64,000 bases of DNA from Clostridia bacterium (lineage in GTDB: Bacteria > Bacillota > Clostridia > Oscillospirales > CAG-272), in the NCBI GenBank assembly GCA_017936565.1, contig JAGBFG010000043.1:91993-155992 (forward strand). Direction: 5' to 3'. Positions 17,895-26,140 of this stretch are shown one piece after another. Position 1 is the first letter of the stretch. Every line of letters starts with the position of its first letter. Both the position numbers and the translations under genes were made by a program. The notes beneath the pieces were generated by a model, which saw nothing but the letters and a program-made list of their open reading frames with translations, searched no databases and was not told the origin of the DNA.

Positions 17895-19991
17895 ATGGAA
17901 CATTTTTTAGCTGTGATTACCGCCGTTTGCGCAGTTGTGGCGCTTCTTTTTGCGCTTCTGACCGCAAGGAAGGTGCTGCGTGCTGATGAAGGAACGGATT
18001 TGATGAAGAAAATCTCTCTTTCCATTCGCCAAGGCGCAAATGCCTATTTGAAACGGCAATACACCGTTGTGGCTATCTTCTTTGCCATTTTGTTCTTCAT
18101 TCTGATTATTATGGCTGCTTTGGACGCGTTGCCCTTTGCAACCCCCTTTGCCTTCCTGACGGGCGGTTTTTTCTCGGGGCTTTCGGGCTTCATCGGTATG
18201 AAAATCGCCACAGCTGCCAACGCCCGCACCGCAAACGCCTGCCGTAAAAGCTTGAACGGCGGCTTGCGTATTGCCTTCTCCGCAGGCTCTGTTATGGGCT
18301 TCGTTGTGGTTGGCTTGGGGCTTTTGGATATTTCGGTTTGGTTCTTGATTTTGAAATATGCATTCCGCTTTGCTCCCGCTGACATTGCTTCCGCTATGCT
18401 GACCTTTGGTATGGGCGCATCCTCTATGGCGCTGTTTGCGCGTGTTGGCGGCGGTATCTTTACCAAGGCTGCCGACGTTGGCGCTGACCTCGTGGGCAAG
18501 GTAGAAGCGGGCATTCCTGAGGACGACCCCCGCAACCCTGCTGTTATCGCGGATAACGTCGGTGACAACGTGGGCGACGTGGCAGGTATGGGCGCCGATT
18601 TGTATGAATCGTATGTGGGTGCTATCGTTTCCGCTTCCTCTCTTGGCGTTGCCGCGTTGCAAGGGATCTCCCTGCAAGCAATGGCTGTGCCGATGCTTTT
18701 GGCAGCGGTTGGTATTCTCTCTTCCATTGTCGGCTCCTTTTTCGTACGCACGAAAGAGGGCGCCTCGCAAAAGCAGCTGCTATCGGCGCTTCGCCGCGGC
18801 ACAAACCTTTCGGCTGTTTTGATTGCCGTCGTTTCCTTCCTCTTAATATTCTTTATTCTGGGCAAGGAACATATCGGTCTTTACTTTGCCGTTCTTGCGG
18901 GGCTTGTTGCGGGCGTTCTGATTGGCTTTTTCACCGAGTATTTCACCTCGGAGTCCTACCGACCCACCAAGAATTTGGCTGAAAACGCCGAAACAGGCTC
19001 AGCCACCATCATCATTGGCGGTGTCAGCCTTGGTATGCTTTCCACCATTGCTCCCATTCTTGTCGTTTCAGCCGCTATTCTGATTGCCTTCTTTGTGGCA
19101 GGCGGCACGATTGCTTCTCCGATGATTGGGCTTTATGGCATCGCTCTTGCCGCTGTCGGTATGCTTTCCACCTTGGGAATTACCTTAGCAACCGACGCAT
19201 ACGGTCCTATTGCCGACAACGCAGGCGGCATTGCCGAAATGGCAGGTCTTGAGCCCGAGGTCAGACAAAGAACGGACGCGCTTGACGCCTTGGGCAACAC
19301 CACCGCCGCAACGGGCAAGGGCTTTGCCTCAGGATCTGCGGCTTTGACTGCCTTGGCACTGATGGTTTCCTATATCGATAAAATCAAAACCTTAAACCCC
19401 TCTTTTGAGTTAAATCCTTCCTTGGAAAACCCCGCTGTTCTGGTTGGTCTGTTTATTGGCGGATGTCTTCCCTTTATCTTCGCCGCTTTAACGATGAACT
19501 CGGTTGGCAACGCCGCGAAAAGCATTGTCCGTGAGGTCAGACGGCAATTCCGCGAAATCACAGGACTGATGGAAGGCAAGGCGGACGCTGATTACGCTAC
19601 CTGCGTTGACCTTTGCACCAAGGCAAGCTTGAAGGAAATGATTTTGCCCACCGTCATCACCATTCTCGCTCCCATTGCAACGGGGCTTCTGCTTGGGCCT
19701 AACGGTGTTGTCGGTATGCTGGCAGGCGCAACGGTCACGGGCTTCCTCATTGCGATTTATATGTCGAATGCGGGCGGCGCTTGGGATAACGCCAAGAAGT
19801 ATATTGAGGGCGGAAGCCACGGCGGAAAGGGCAGCGATTGCCACAAGGCAGCGGTTGTTGGCGACACGGTGGGTGACCCCTTCAAGGACACCGCGGGTCC
19901 CTCTATCAACATTTTGATTAAATTGCTTTCCACCGTTTCTATCGTTTTTGCCGCTTTGGTTTTGTCCTTTAATCTTTTTAACCTGTTTTGA
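17895..19991 (+). CDS. hppA: Membrane-bound ion-translocating pyrophosphatase (Na+/H+ PPase)
   Basis: 698-aa polytopic protein with the canonical PPase motifs GGG(I/L)FTKAADVGADLVGKVE, DNVGDNVGD and AGGAWDNAKKYIE. Confidence 0.95.
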   Translation: MEHFLAVITAVCAVVALLFALLTARKVLRADEGTDLMKKISLSIRQGANAYLKRQYTVVAIFFAILFFILIIMAALDALPFATPFAFLTGGFFSGLSGFIGMKIATAANARTANACRKSLNGGLRIAFSAGSVMGFVVVGLGLLDISVWFLILKYAFRFAPADIASAMLTFGMGASSMALFARVGGGIFTKAADVGADLVGKVEAGIPEDDPRNPAVIADNVGDNVGDVAGMGADLYESYVGAIVSASSLGVAALQGISLQAMAVPMLLAAVGILSSIVGSFFVRTKEGASQKQLLSALRRGTNLSAVLIAVVSFLLIFFILGKEHIGLYFAVLAGLVAGVLIGFFTEYFTSESYRPTKNLAENAETGSATIIIGGVSLGMLSTIAPILVVSAAILIAFFVAGGTIASPMIGLYGIALAAVGMLSTLGITLATDAYGPIADNAGGIAEMAGLEPEVRQRTDALDALGNTTAATGKGFASGSAALTALALMVSYIDKIKTLNPSFELNPSLENPAVLVGLFIGGCLPFIFAALTMNSVGNAAKSIVREVRRQFREITGLMEGKADADYATCVDLCTKASLKEMILPTVITILAPIATGLLLGPNGVVGMLAGATVTGFLIAIYMSNAGGAWDNAKKYIEGGSHGGKGSDCHKAAVVGDTVGDPFKDTAGPSINILIKLLSTVSIVFAALVLSFNLFNLF

Positions 19992-19993
19992 CA

Positions 19994-20035
19994 GAAGGGG
20001 CTGTCTCAATGAGACAGCCCCTTCTTCTTTCTTTT
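19994..20035 (+). terminator. Intrinsic terminator after hppA
   Basis: 14-bp stem gaaggggctgtctc/gagacagccccttc with a 3-nt loop, followed by a T-rich tail. Confidence 0.85.
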
Positions 20036-20058
20036 CTTTTCTTCTTTCCAAAAAAGGG

Positions 20059-20087
20059 TTGCTTTTTTCCATATTTTATGCTATAAT
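20059..20087 (+). promoter_or_regulatory. Sigma-A-type promoter for the oadB operon
   Basis: TTGCTT, 17 nt, TGcTATAAT. Confidence 0.65.
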
Positions 20088-20138
20088 ACTTTCTACGAAT
20101 ATTCCCAAAAAACAATCGTATAAGGAAAGGGACACATC

Positions 20139-20258
20139 ATGCAAGAATTGCAAAAGCTGTTCTCTACCATTCTGGCATTCGGTGAGAACGGAAACTGGAA
20201 AATGTTTATTATGTGGCTGATTGGCGCTGTACTCATTTACCTCGCCATCAAAAAGTAA
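20139..20258 (+). CDS. 39-aa ORF matching the N-terminal TM helix of the Na+-decarboxylase beta subunit
   Basis: MQELQKLFSTILAFGENGNWKMFIMWLIGAVLIYLAIKK*, with SD AAGGAAAGGG. It is in the same frame as 20259-21302, separated only by TAA. It is absent from the ORF track because it is shorter than 60 aa. Confidence 0.5.
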   Translation: MQELQKLFSTILAFGENGNWKMFIMWLIGAVLIYLAIKK

Positions 20259-21302
20259 ATGGAGCCCACACTCCTTTTACCCATCGGCTTTGGCGCCATT
20301 TTGATGAACTTCCCCGGGGTCGTCGTGTTCGACGAGATGGGGCAGGTATTGGAGATACACGGTATCGCGGAGCCCTTGCAGGAGCTTTACAACGCAGGTA
20401 TCGCCAACGAGCTTTTCCCCTTGATTCTGTTTATCGGCATCGGTGCTATGATTGACTTTGGCCCGTTGCTCACCAATCCCAAGCTGATGCTGTTCGGCGC
20501 GGCTGCCCAGTTCGGTATTTTCTTTACGCTTTGTATGGCATCCATCTTCTTCCCCGATTTCAGAGATTTTGCCTCTATTGCCATCATCGGCGCGGCTGAC
20601 GGTCCTACCTCTATCGTAGTTGCCAATACCCTTGGCTCCAAGTACGTTGGCGCTATCACCGTTGCGGCATACTCCTATATGGCTCTGGTGCCCATCATTC
20701 AGCCCCCCGTTATCAAGCTTCTTACCACCAAGAAGGAGCGTATGATTCGTATGGCTTATAAGCCCGCCAGCGTTTCCAAGACCACCAAAATTCTCTTCCC
20801 CATTATTATTTCTATCGTGGCTTGTATCTTCGCTCCCGGTGCCGGCTCTCTTATCGGCTTCTTGATGTTCGGTAACCTCATTCGTGAGTGCGGCGTTTTG
20901 GATTCCATTTCCGAAACCGCCCAAAAGGTGCTTGCCAACCTTATCACCATCTTCCTTGGTATCACCATCGCCTTCAATATGACGGCAGAGCAGTTCTTGA
21001 ACGTAAACACCCTCTTGATTATGGGTCTTGGTCTTATCGCCTTCATCGTGGATACCGCGGGCGGTGTTCTCTTTGCCAAGCTCTATAACCTGATTATGAA
21101 GCTTTTGGGAAAAGCCCCCATCAACCCGATGATTGGCGCGGCAGGCATTTCTGCCTTCCCTATGTCCGGGCGTATCGTTCACAAGATGGGCTTGGCAGAG
21201 GACAATCAGAACTTCCTCTTGATGCACTCCATTGGCGTAAACGTGTCAGGTCAAATTGCCTCGGTTATCGCAGGGGCACTGATACTCAATTTCTTCGGTT
21301 GA
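20259..21302 (+). CDS. oadB: Sodium ion-translocating decarboxylase beta subunit (OadB/GcdB/MmdB family), lacking its first helix
   Basis: Starts (M)EPTLLLPIGFGAIL... and contains GADGPT, AYSYMALVPIIQPP and NPMIGAAGISAFPM, all typical of the family. Confidence 0.85.
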   Translation: MEPTLLLPIGFGAILMNFPGVVVFDEMGQVLEIHGIAEPLQELYNAGIANELFPLILFIGIGAMIDFGPLLTNPKLMLFGAAAQFGIFFTLCMASIFFPDFRDFASIAIIGAADGPTSIVVANTLGSKYVGAITVAAYSYMALVPIIQPPVIKLLTTKKERMIRMAYKPASVSKTTKILFPIIISIVACIFAPGAGSLIGFLMFGNLIRECGVLDSISETAQKVLANLITIFLGITIAFNMTAEQFLNVNTLLIMGLGLIAFIVDTAGGVLFAKLYNLIMKLLGKAPINPMIGAAGISAFPMSGRIVHKMGLAEDNQNFLLMHSIGVNVSGQIASVIAGALILNFFG

Positions 21303-21321
21303 TTTACGGGGGTATGTGAAA

Positions 21322-21459
21322 ATGTTAGAATTTAATCCGATGAACTTCGTTAACAATCTCTCTTATATGGGCATTGGTATGCTTGGCGTTTTTATGATTA
21401 TCGGCATTATCATTGGCGCCACGTACGCTATTGGCTTCCTCTCAAAAGAGAAAAAGTAA
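21322..21459 (+). CDS. Small single-TM protein, OadG (decarboxylase gamma)-like
   Basis: 45-aa ORF MLEFNPMNFVNNLSYMGIGMLGVFMIIGIIIGATYAIGFLSKEKK. Its position and topology match the gamma or delta anchor subunits. Not in the ORF track (shorter than 60 aa). Confidence 0.45.
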   Translation: MLEFNPMNFVNNLSYMGIGMLGVFMIIGIIIGATYAIGFLSKEKK

Positions 21460-21470
21460 TCCCTTTATAG

Positions 21471-21539
21471 AAGAAGCCCTGCGGCTTTAACGTGTTTCCC
21501 TCTAAGAAGAGCACGCTGACCGCAGGGCTTCTTTTTTTT
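21471..21539 (+). terminator. Intrinsic terminator (long-loop hairpin)
   Basis: 14-bp stem aagaagccctgcgg/ccgcagggcttctt with a 35-nt loop, followed by tttttt. Confidence 0.65.
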
Positions 21540-21612
21540 GCTCCGATTTTGTGCATTTTGCACAATAATTTTCAATTTTCTTCTTTTTTTTAGAGATTTC
21601 ATCAAAAAAGTC

Positions 21613-21641
21613 TTTACAAAGCGACTTTTTTCTGCTATAAT
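21613..21641 (+). promoter_or_regulatory. Sigma-A-type promoter for the PPTase gene
   Basis: TTTACA, 17 nt, TGcTATAAT. Confidence 0.6.
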
Positions 21642-21689
21642 GACAATGATATAGTAGGTGTTTATTTTTTGCGTTATAAAGGAGGCATT

Positions 21690-22301
21690 ATGGTTTGGTA
21701 CACTGCTGACGTCCGCACCTTCTCTGCCGAAGAATATGAGGCTGCCTTTGCGATGCTTGACGAAAACAAGAAGGCGCGGGTTATGCGTATACGGCAAAAA
21801 AAGGACAAGCTGCGCACCGTGGTGGGAGATAAGCTGGCGCGTGACCTATTAGCCAGAGAATTAAAATGTGCTCCAGAGGACGTGCGCTTTTGCTATGAAG
21901 AGAATGGCAAGCCCTATTTGGAAGGCAATCCTCTGTATTTCAATTTGAGTCATTGCGAGGACTTGGTGGTTTGCGCCATTTCCAAATCTCCCATTGGCAT
22001 TGACGTTGAGCAGTTGCGGGATATGCCCCCTCGCCTTGCCAAAAAATTTTTTACGCCTGATGAGTGCCTCTATATTTTCGGGCACGAGCCGAAGGACGCC
22101 GACTGGGACGGGAGCTTCTCGCCCGTACAGCGATTGCGCTTTTTTGAAATATGGACCTCTAAGGAAGCCTATATCAAGTGTGTCGGGCAAGGGCTTGACC
22201 GCTTGCGCTATATAGACACCCTGTCGCACACCTTTGAGCGTCATCTCTTGAAGGAAGACTATCTGGTCACAATTTATCAAGAGTCCTTCGGTCTGTTTTA
22301 A
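21690..22301 (+). CDS. Sfp-type 4'-phosphopantetheinyl transferase
   Basis: Motifs GKPYL, FNLSH, IGIDVE and W(T)SKEAYIKC. ATG follows AAAGGAGG. Confidence 0.85.
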   Translation: MVWYTADVRTFSAEEYEAAFAMLDENKKARVMRIRQKKDKLRTVVGDKLARDLLARELKCAPEDVRFCYEENGKPYLEGNPLYFNLSHCEDLVVCAISKSPIGIDVEQLRDMPPRLAKKFFTPDECLYIFGHEPKDADWDGSFSPVQRLRFFEIWTSKEAYIKCVGQGLDRLRYIDTLSHTFERHLLKEDYLVTIYQESFGLF

Positions 22302-22365
22302 GACCGAAGACTCCTTAGGCAAGAGAGAATGATACGAACTTGTTTTATTCTCTCTTACCTACGCT

Positions 22366-23145
22366 TCAAAAAAACCGTCTGATTTTATCAATCGCCGCTT
22401 TTTCAAGTCTTGAAACCTGGGCTTGGGATATGCCTATTTCTTCGGCAATTTCCATCTGGGTTCTGCCACGGTAAAAGCGCATTTCTATGATGTGCCGTTC
22501 CCGCTTGCCAAGCTTGCCCAAGGCATCTCTTAAAGCGATGTCCTCAATCCAAGCCTCGTCCGAGTGCTCCTCGTCCTTGAGTTGGTCTATCACGTAAACA
22601 GAGTCATCTCCGTCGTTGTATACCGATTCATAGAGGGAAACGGGCTCGACAATCGCCTCAAGCGCCCGCGCGACTGCCCTCTTTTCTTCCTGCAATTCCT
22701 TGGCAATTTCCTCTAAGGTCGGTTCCTTTCCGCCCTTCTTGGTTAAGGTGTCCTTAACTTGCAGGGCGCGATAAGCCAAATCTCTGACAGAACGGGATAC
22801 GCGAATGGCGTTGTTATCTCTTAAATACCGTCTGACCTCTCCAATAATCATCGGCACGGCGTACGTCGAAAATTTTACGTCAAGCTCGGTGTTAAAATGG
22901 TCGATTGCCTTCATCAGTCCAATGCACCCTACCTGAAACAGGTCGTCTATATTTTCTCTTCGCCCCGTAAAGCGTTGAATGATGCTCAAAACCAAGCGAA
23001 GATTGCCAAATATCAGCTCATCTCTTGCCGTCTTATCTCCACCTTGCGCCCGAAGCAAAAGCACGCGCTTTTCCTCATCGCTCAAAATGGGAAGATGGGA
23101 TGTGTTTACCCCGCAAATTTCTACCTTATTGTGATAAATCGCCAT
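22366..23145 (-). CDS. sigG: Sporulation (forespore) sigma factor SigG
   Basis: N-terminus NKVEICGVNTSHLPIL and the following regions 2-4 align closely with B. subtilis SigG as I remember it (LRLVLSIIQRF, FQVGCIGLMKAIDHF, FSTYAVPMIIGEVRRYLRD, ISQAQVSRLEKAA). Confidence 0.88.
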   Translation of the reverse strand: MAIYHNKVEICGVNTSHLPILSDEEKRVLLLRAQGGDKTARDELIFGNLRLVLSIIQRFTGRRENIDDLFQVGCIGLMKAIDHFNTELDVKFSTYAVPMIIGEVRRYLRDNNAIRVSRSVRDLAYRALQVKDTLTKKGGKEPTLEEIAKELQEEKRAVARALEAIVEPVSLYESVYNDGDDSVYVIDQLKDEEHSDEAWIEDIALRDALGKLGKRERHIIEMRFYRGRTQMEIAEEIGISQAQVSRLEKAAIDKIRRFF

Positions 23146-23171
23146 ACTTTTTCCTTTCTTGGAAGCATAAA

Positions 23172-23202
23172 AAGTATTGGCAAAAACCACCTCGCCTTAT
23201 GC
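23172..23202 (-). promoter_or_regulatory. Possible forespore-type (sigma F/G) promoter upstream of sigG
   Basis: Minus strand shows GCATA, then about 19 nt, then CAATACT. This only loosely resembles GCATA/GnATR-N15-18-CATnnTA, and the spacing is off-consensus. Confidence 0.25.
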
Positions 23203-23306
23203 AAAAAGCGGATTGGTAAAAAATACTGTCTTTCAGTCCTTCATTTTTTCAAAACCGATGAATAAAATGAAAAGGCAAAATAAGTCTACGAAAAGGATGG
23301 AACAAA

Positions 23307-24317
23307 ATGAATAACGCAACCCCTTATTACGCCCCGCCCCCGAGAAGAAGAAACATTTTGCCCTTCGTTATTCTCGGCGTTGTCTGCGCCATTATCTTTA
23401 TCGCCATACTAATAGGCATTGTCGTTTTTATTTTCTCCGGCACAGAAGATAGCTTCAACACGCCAAACGACGATTATGTCGGGGTGCTTCATATTGAAGG
23501 AACCATCTCCTCTCAATCCACCACGGGTCTTTTGTATACGGAAGACGCCGTCTACAATCAGAATTACATTCTCTCTTCCATATACGAGATGAAAAATGAC
23601 CCGAACAACTGTGGCATTCTTTTGTATTTCAACACCCCGGGCGGCGAGCTTTACGCCACAAACGAGGTCTATGAGGAGCTTCTTCTTTACAAGGAAGAGA
23701 CAGGGCGCCCCATCTACGCCTATTTTGCGGAATACGCTTGCAGCGGCGGCTACTATCTGGCTATGACAGCGGATGATATTGTCGCCAACCCTATGTCCAC
23801 CACGGGCTCTATCGGCGTCACCTACGGCGCGCATATCAATATTGCGGGACTCTGTGAAAAGCTGGGGGTAGGCGTCGAAGAAATCACAAGCGGCGCAAAC
23901 AAGGCAATGGGCAGCTACTTTTCCCCTATGACAAACGAGCAAAAGGCAATCTACCAATCTCAGATTGCCGAGTATTACGAGGTCTTTTTACAGGTGGTCC
24001 TGCAAGGCAGACCGTCCTTGATGCGAGAGGACCTGCTTCCCATCGCGGACGGCAGAACCTTCACCGCAAGGCAGGCGTTGGAAGCGGGCTTGATAGACGA
24101 TATTATGCGATTGGACGAATACAAGGCATATATCGCTACCTATGATTTTGAGGACGACGTGTCCTTTTACGATTTCTTTTACGTTCCCGCGCAAAGCGAC
24201 CTGCTCGCAACGCTTGCCAGTGCCATCACCAAAGAAAACACCCCTGCCTCTGAGCTGATGGCGACCTTATCCGTCTTAAAGCCCCTCTCGGGCGCCTTGG
24301 TATACTACGCTAAATAA
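23307..24317 (+). CDS. sppA: Signal peptide peptidase SppA (S49 family, 36K type)
   Basis: N-terminal TM helix and an S49 core with GGYYLAM...TGSIGV. Confidence 0.85.
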   Translation: MNNATPYYAPPPRRRNILPFVILGVVCAIIFIAILIGIVVFIFSGTEDSFNTPNDDYVGVLHIEGTISSQSTTGLLYTEDAVYNQNYILSSIYEMKNDPNNCGILLYFNTPGGELYATNEVYEELLLYKEETGRPIYAYFAEYACSGGYYLAMTADDIVANPMSTTGSIGVTYGAHINIAGLCEKLGVGVEEITSGANKAMGSYFSPMTNEQKAIYQSQIAEYYEVFLQVVLQGRPSLMREDLLPIADGRTFTARQALEAGLIDDIMRLDEYKAYIATYDFEDDVSFYDFFYVPAQSDLLATLASAITKENTPASELMATLSVLKPLSGALVYYAK

Positions 24318-24329
24318 AACAAAAAAAAG

Positions 24330-24377
24330 AAAAAGCGCTGCTTATATTGCCGCAAAGCGAAAGCAGAGCTTTTTTTG
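24330..24377. terminator. Bidirectional terminator between convergent genes
   Basis: aaaaagcgctgctt...aagcagagcttttttt, with one mismatch in the stem. Confidence 0.6.
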
Positions 24378-24384
24378 TGAAATT

Positions 24385-25563
24385 TTATACAGTTATCTTG
24401 TTTTCTGAAAGGGTGGCGGGACGAGCAAACAGCGCCCCATTCTTTTCTCCTATCAACCAAAACGCGCCGTTATAAGTAATTCCTCTTGCATGGCGCAAGG
24501 GAAGCGCTTGGGCAACGGCAGAGGAAGGCTTCCATTGCGGCAAGGCGCCCTTTGCCGTATAAAGAAGCGTCTCTTCTTGGGAAAGAGCCAGAAGATAGGC
24601 CTTTCCTTCATAAGCAAAAAGGGAAAATTCGGATGCTCCCTTCACACCTTCCAGAGCAAACGGCTTCTCAAAATGAAGCAAATCAAGGCTCTTGGCGGCA
24701 TAAAGCACCCCATTCTCCGCAAAAACAAGGTACACCCCGCTTTCATCCTTCCACATCTGCAAGGAAGTCACCCTGTCGGGAGAAAAGGCGGGAATGTCTA
24801 TATCCAGCTCGGTTTTCTGAAAGGAAAAGCCGTCCTCTGAAACGGCGACACGGCAAACCCTTCCCTCTTCCCTTTGCATCAGATAATAGAGATATGCTCT
24901 GCCCTCCTGATAAAAGCAAGCGGCGTCAAGCACGCTATATTCCTTTTTGTCATCAATGGCGACTGCCATCGGCGCCGTTCCAAACAATTTTCCCGTTTCG
25001 GTATAAATGGCTTGCGCGCGATGCCCGCCCTTGCCGGCTTTGGCTTGTCCTTGCCGACGGTTATCCAAGTAAAAAATATGCAAGCGCTCAAAAAGCACCG
25101 CGCCGCGCGCGGAAAGAATACCCATTTCTCTTCCCACGGGACGAAATCCGTCGGGATTTTCGATGACATTTTCAATAGGCGTGCTTTCAAGGGCAGAATG
25201 GTATTCAAAGCCTGCTTCAAAATGCATAAAGGTTCCCGCTTCTATCAGGCTTTCCGAAAAATCAAGCTCCCCGAAAAAGAAATCCTCGTCCATTAAAACG
25301 CCGTCTATATAGAGCCCCAGCCTTGCGTAGCCCTGTGTGAGAATAACCTCGTGCCCACGGGCGTTTTCGGCATAAAGCGTCAGCGTTTCCCCTTGGGAAT
25401 ACTGTGCCTTTACCGTCAAAAAGCCCTCTTCCGTTATAGACAAGGAAAGCAAGGTCCTTCCCTCTTTATGTAATACAATATCGCCGTCCATCGCGTCCGC
25501 TACCAAGAGAAAGCGCTTGGCGGTTTCTTTGATTTCTTGGGTTTTATTCTTTGGAATTCTCAT
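24385..25563 (-). CDS. Hypothetical protein, no family recognised (beta-rich by composition only)
   Basis: 392-aa ORF with good coding character and no signal peptide. I recognised no confident family motif. The sequence looks beta-rich but the fold is not established. Confidence 0.5.
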   Translation of the reverse strand: MRIPKNKTQEIKETAKRFLLVADAMDGDIVLHKEGRTLLSLSITEEGFLTVKAQYSQGETLTLYAENARGHEVILTQGYARLGLYIDGVLMDEDFFFGELDFSESLIEAGTFMHFEAGFEYHSALESTPIENVIENPDGFRPVGREMGILSARGAVLFERLHIFYLDNRRQGQAKAGKGGHRAQAIYTETGKLFGTAPMAVAIDDKKEYSVLDAACFYQEGRAYLYYLMQREEGRVCRVAVSEDGFSFQKTELDIDIPAFSPDRVTSLQMWKDESGVYLVFAENGVLYAAKSLDLLHFEKPFALEGVKGASEFSLFAYEGKAYLLALSQEETLLYTAKGALPQWKPSSAVAQALPLRHARGITYNGAFWLIGEKNGALFARPATLSENKITV

Positions 25564-25649
25564 AGGGCTCCCTTCACAAATTGCTTTTTTATCGGGCTGT
25601 CTTTTTTAGGGACAGCCCGCTTCATTTTGTGCCGAAAAGGCTCTTTTCT

Positions 25650-26084
25650 TTACAGGTAGGGGCGGATGTCCCTTACCATTTTTTCCTCAACGGCAATGAG
25701 CCTTCCTGTCAAATCCCGCACGCCCTCTTCGGCGTTGGGATATTGGTTCAAATAACGGGAAAGAGATTTGATACCCATATGGCATCCGTCCGTCATCAAA
25801 TCTGCCGCTACTGTGTCTTGCTCTTTGAGAAAAAAACGCATATCCGTTTTCATTTTTGCCATCGCCTTGACGAATGGACTCGGTCCCTTGTCGGGGTCGT
25901 GATACTTTTGGAGCAACGCCTGTGTTTCAGACTCCAATTTCTCGTGCTCACGTCTGCCCTCGACCAAGGCATCGGCAAATTTGGTATTTTTGATATGAGG
26001 TATGGTATCGTTCAAGGACGAAATCCCCATTTTGATACCCGCGTTGCATTCCCGCAGCAGTCGAACAGTCTCTTGCTTATTCAT
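25650..26084 (-). CDS. Hypothetical protein, no family recognised (helical by composition only)
   Basis: ATG at 26084 follows GAAGGAG and avoids overlap with tgt. 144 aa. The composition looks helical and no family was recognised. Confidence 0.5.
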   Translation of the reverse strand: MNKQETVRLLRECNAGIKMGISSLNDTIPHIKNTKFADALVEGRREHEKLESETQALLQKYHDPDKGPSPFVKAMAKMKTDMRFFLKEQDTVAADLMTDGCHMGIKSLSRYLNQYPNAEEGVRDLTGRLIAVEEKMVRDIRPYL

Positions 26085-26140
26085 CTTCACTTCTCCTTCG
26101 CTTTTTTTATTATTATTTCCAAGGAAGAAGAAAGCATACC

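Noticed and set aside
20277-21227. Very long antisense ORFs opposite well-supported genes. Examples: 20277-21227 opposite oadB, 61303-62268 opposite glyA, 35352-36365 opposite serS, 14240-15157 opposite pheT, 39537-40505 opposite the ABC transporter.
   Set aside because: Each lies fully inside a gene with unmistakable family motifs on the other strand. They have no SD or promoter signals and show odd composition (rich in His, Gly, Arg and Asn). Such stop-free mirror frames are expected in moderately GC-rich coding DNA.
25590-25625. The hairpin gggctgtc-N8-gacagccc between two minus-strand genes, considered as a terminator.
   Set aside because: On the minus strand it is followed by an A-rich rather than a U-rich tract. 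It may be a processing or stability element, but I cannot support calling it a terminator.
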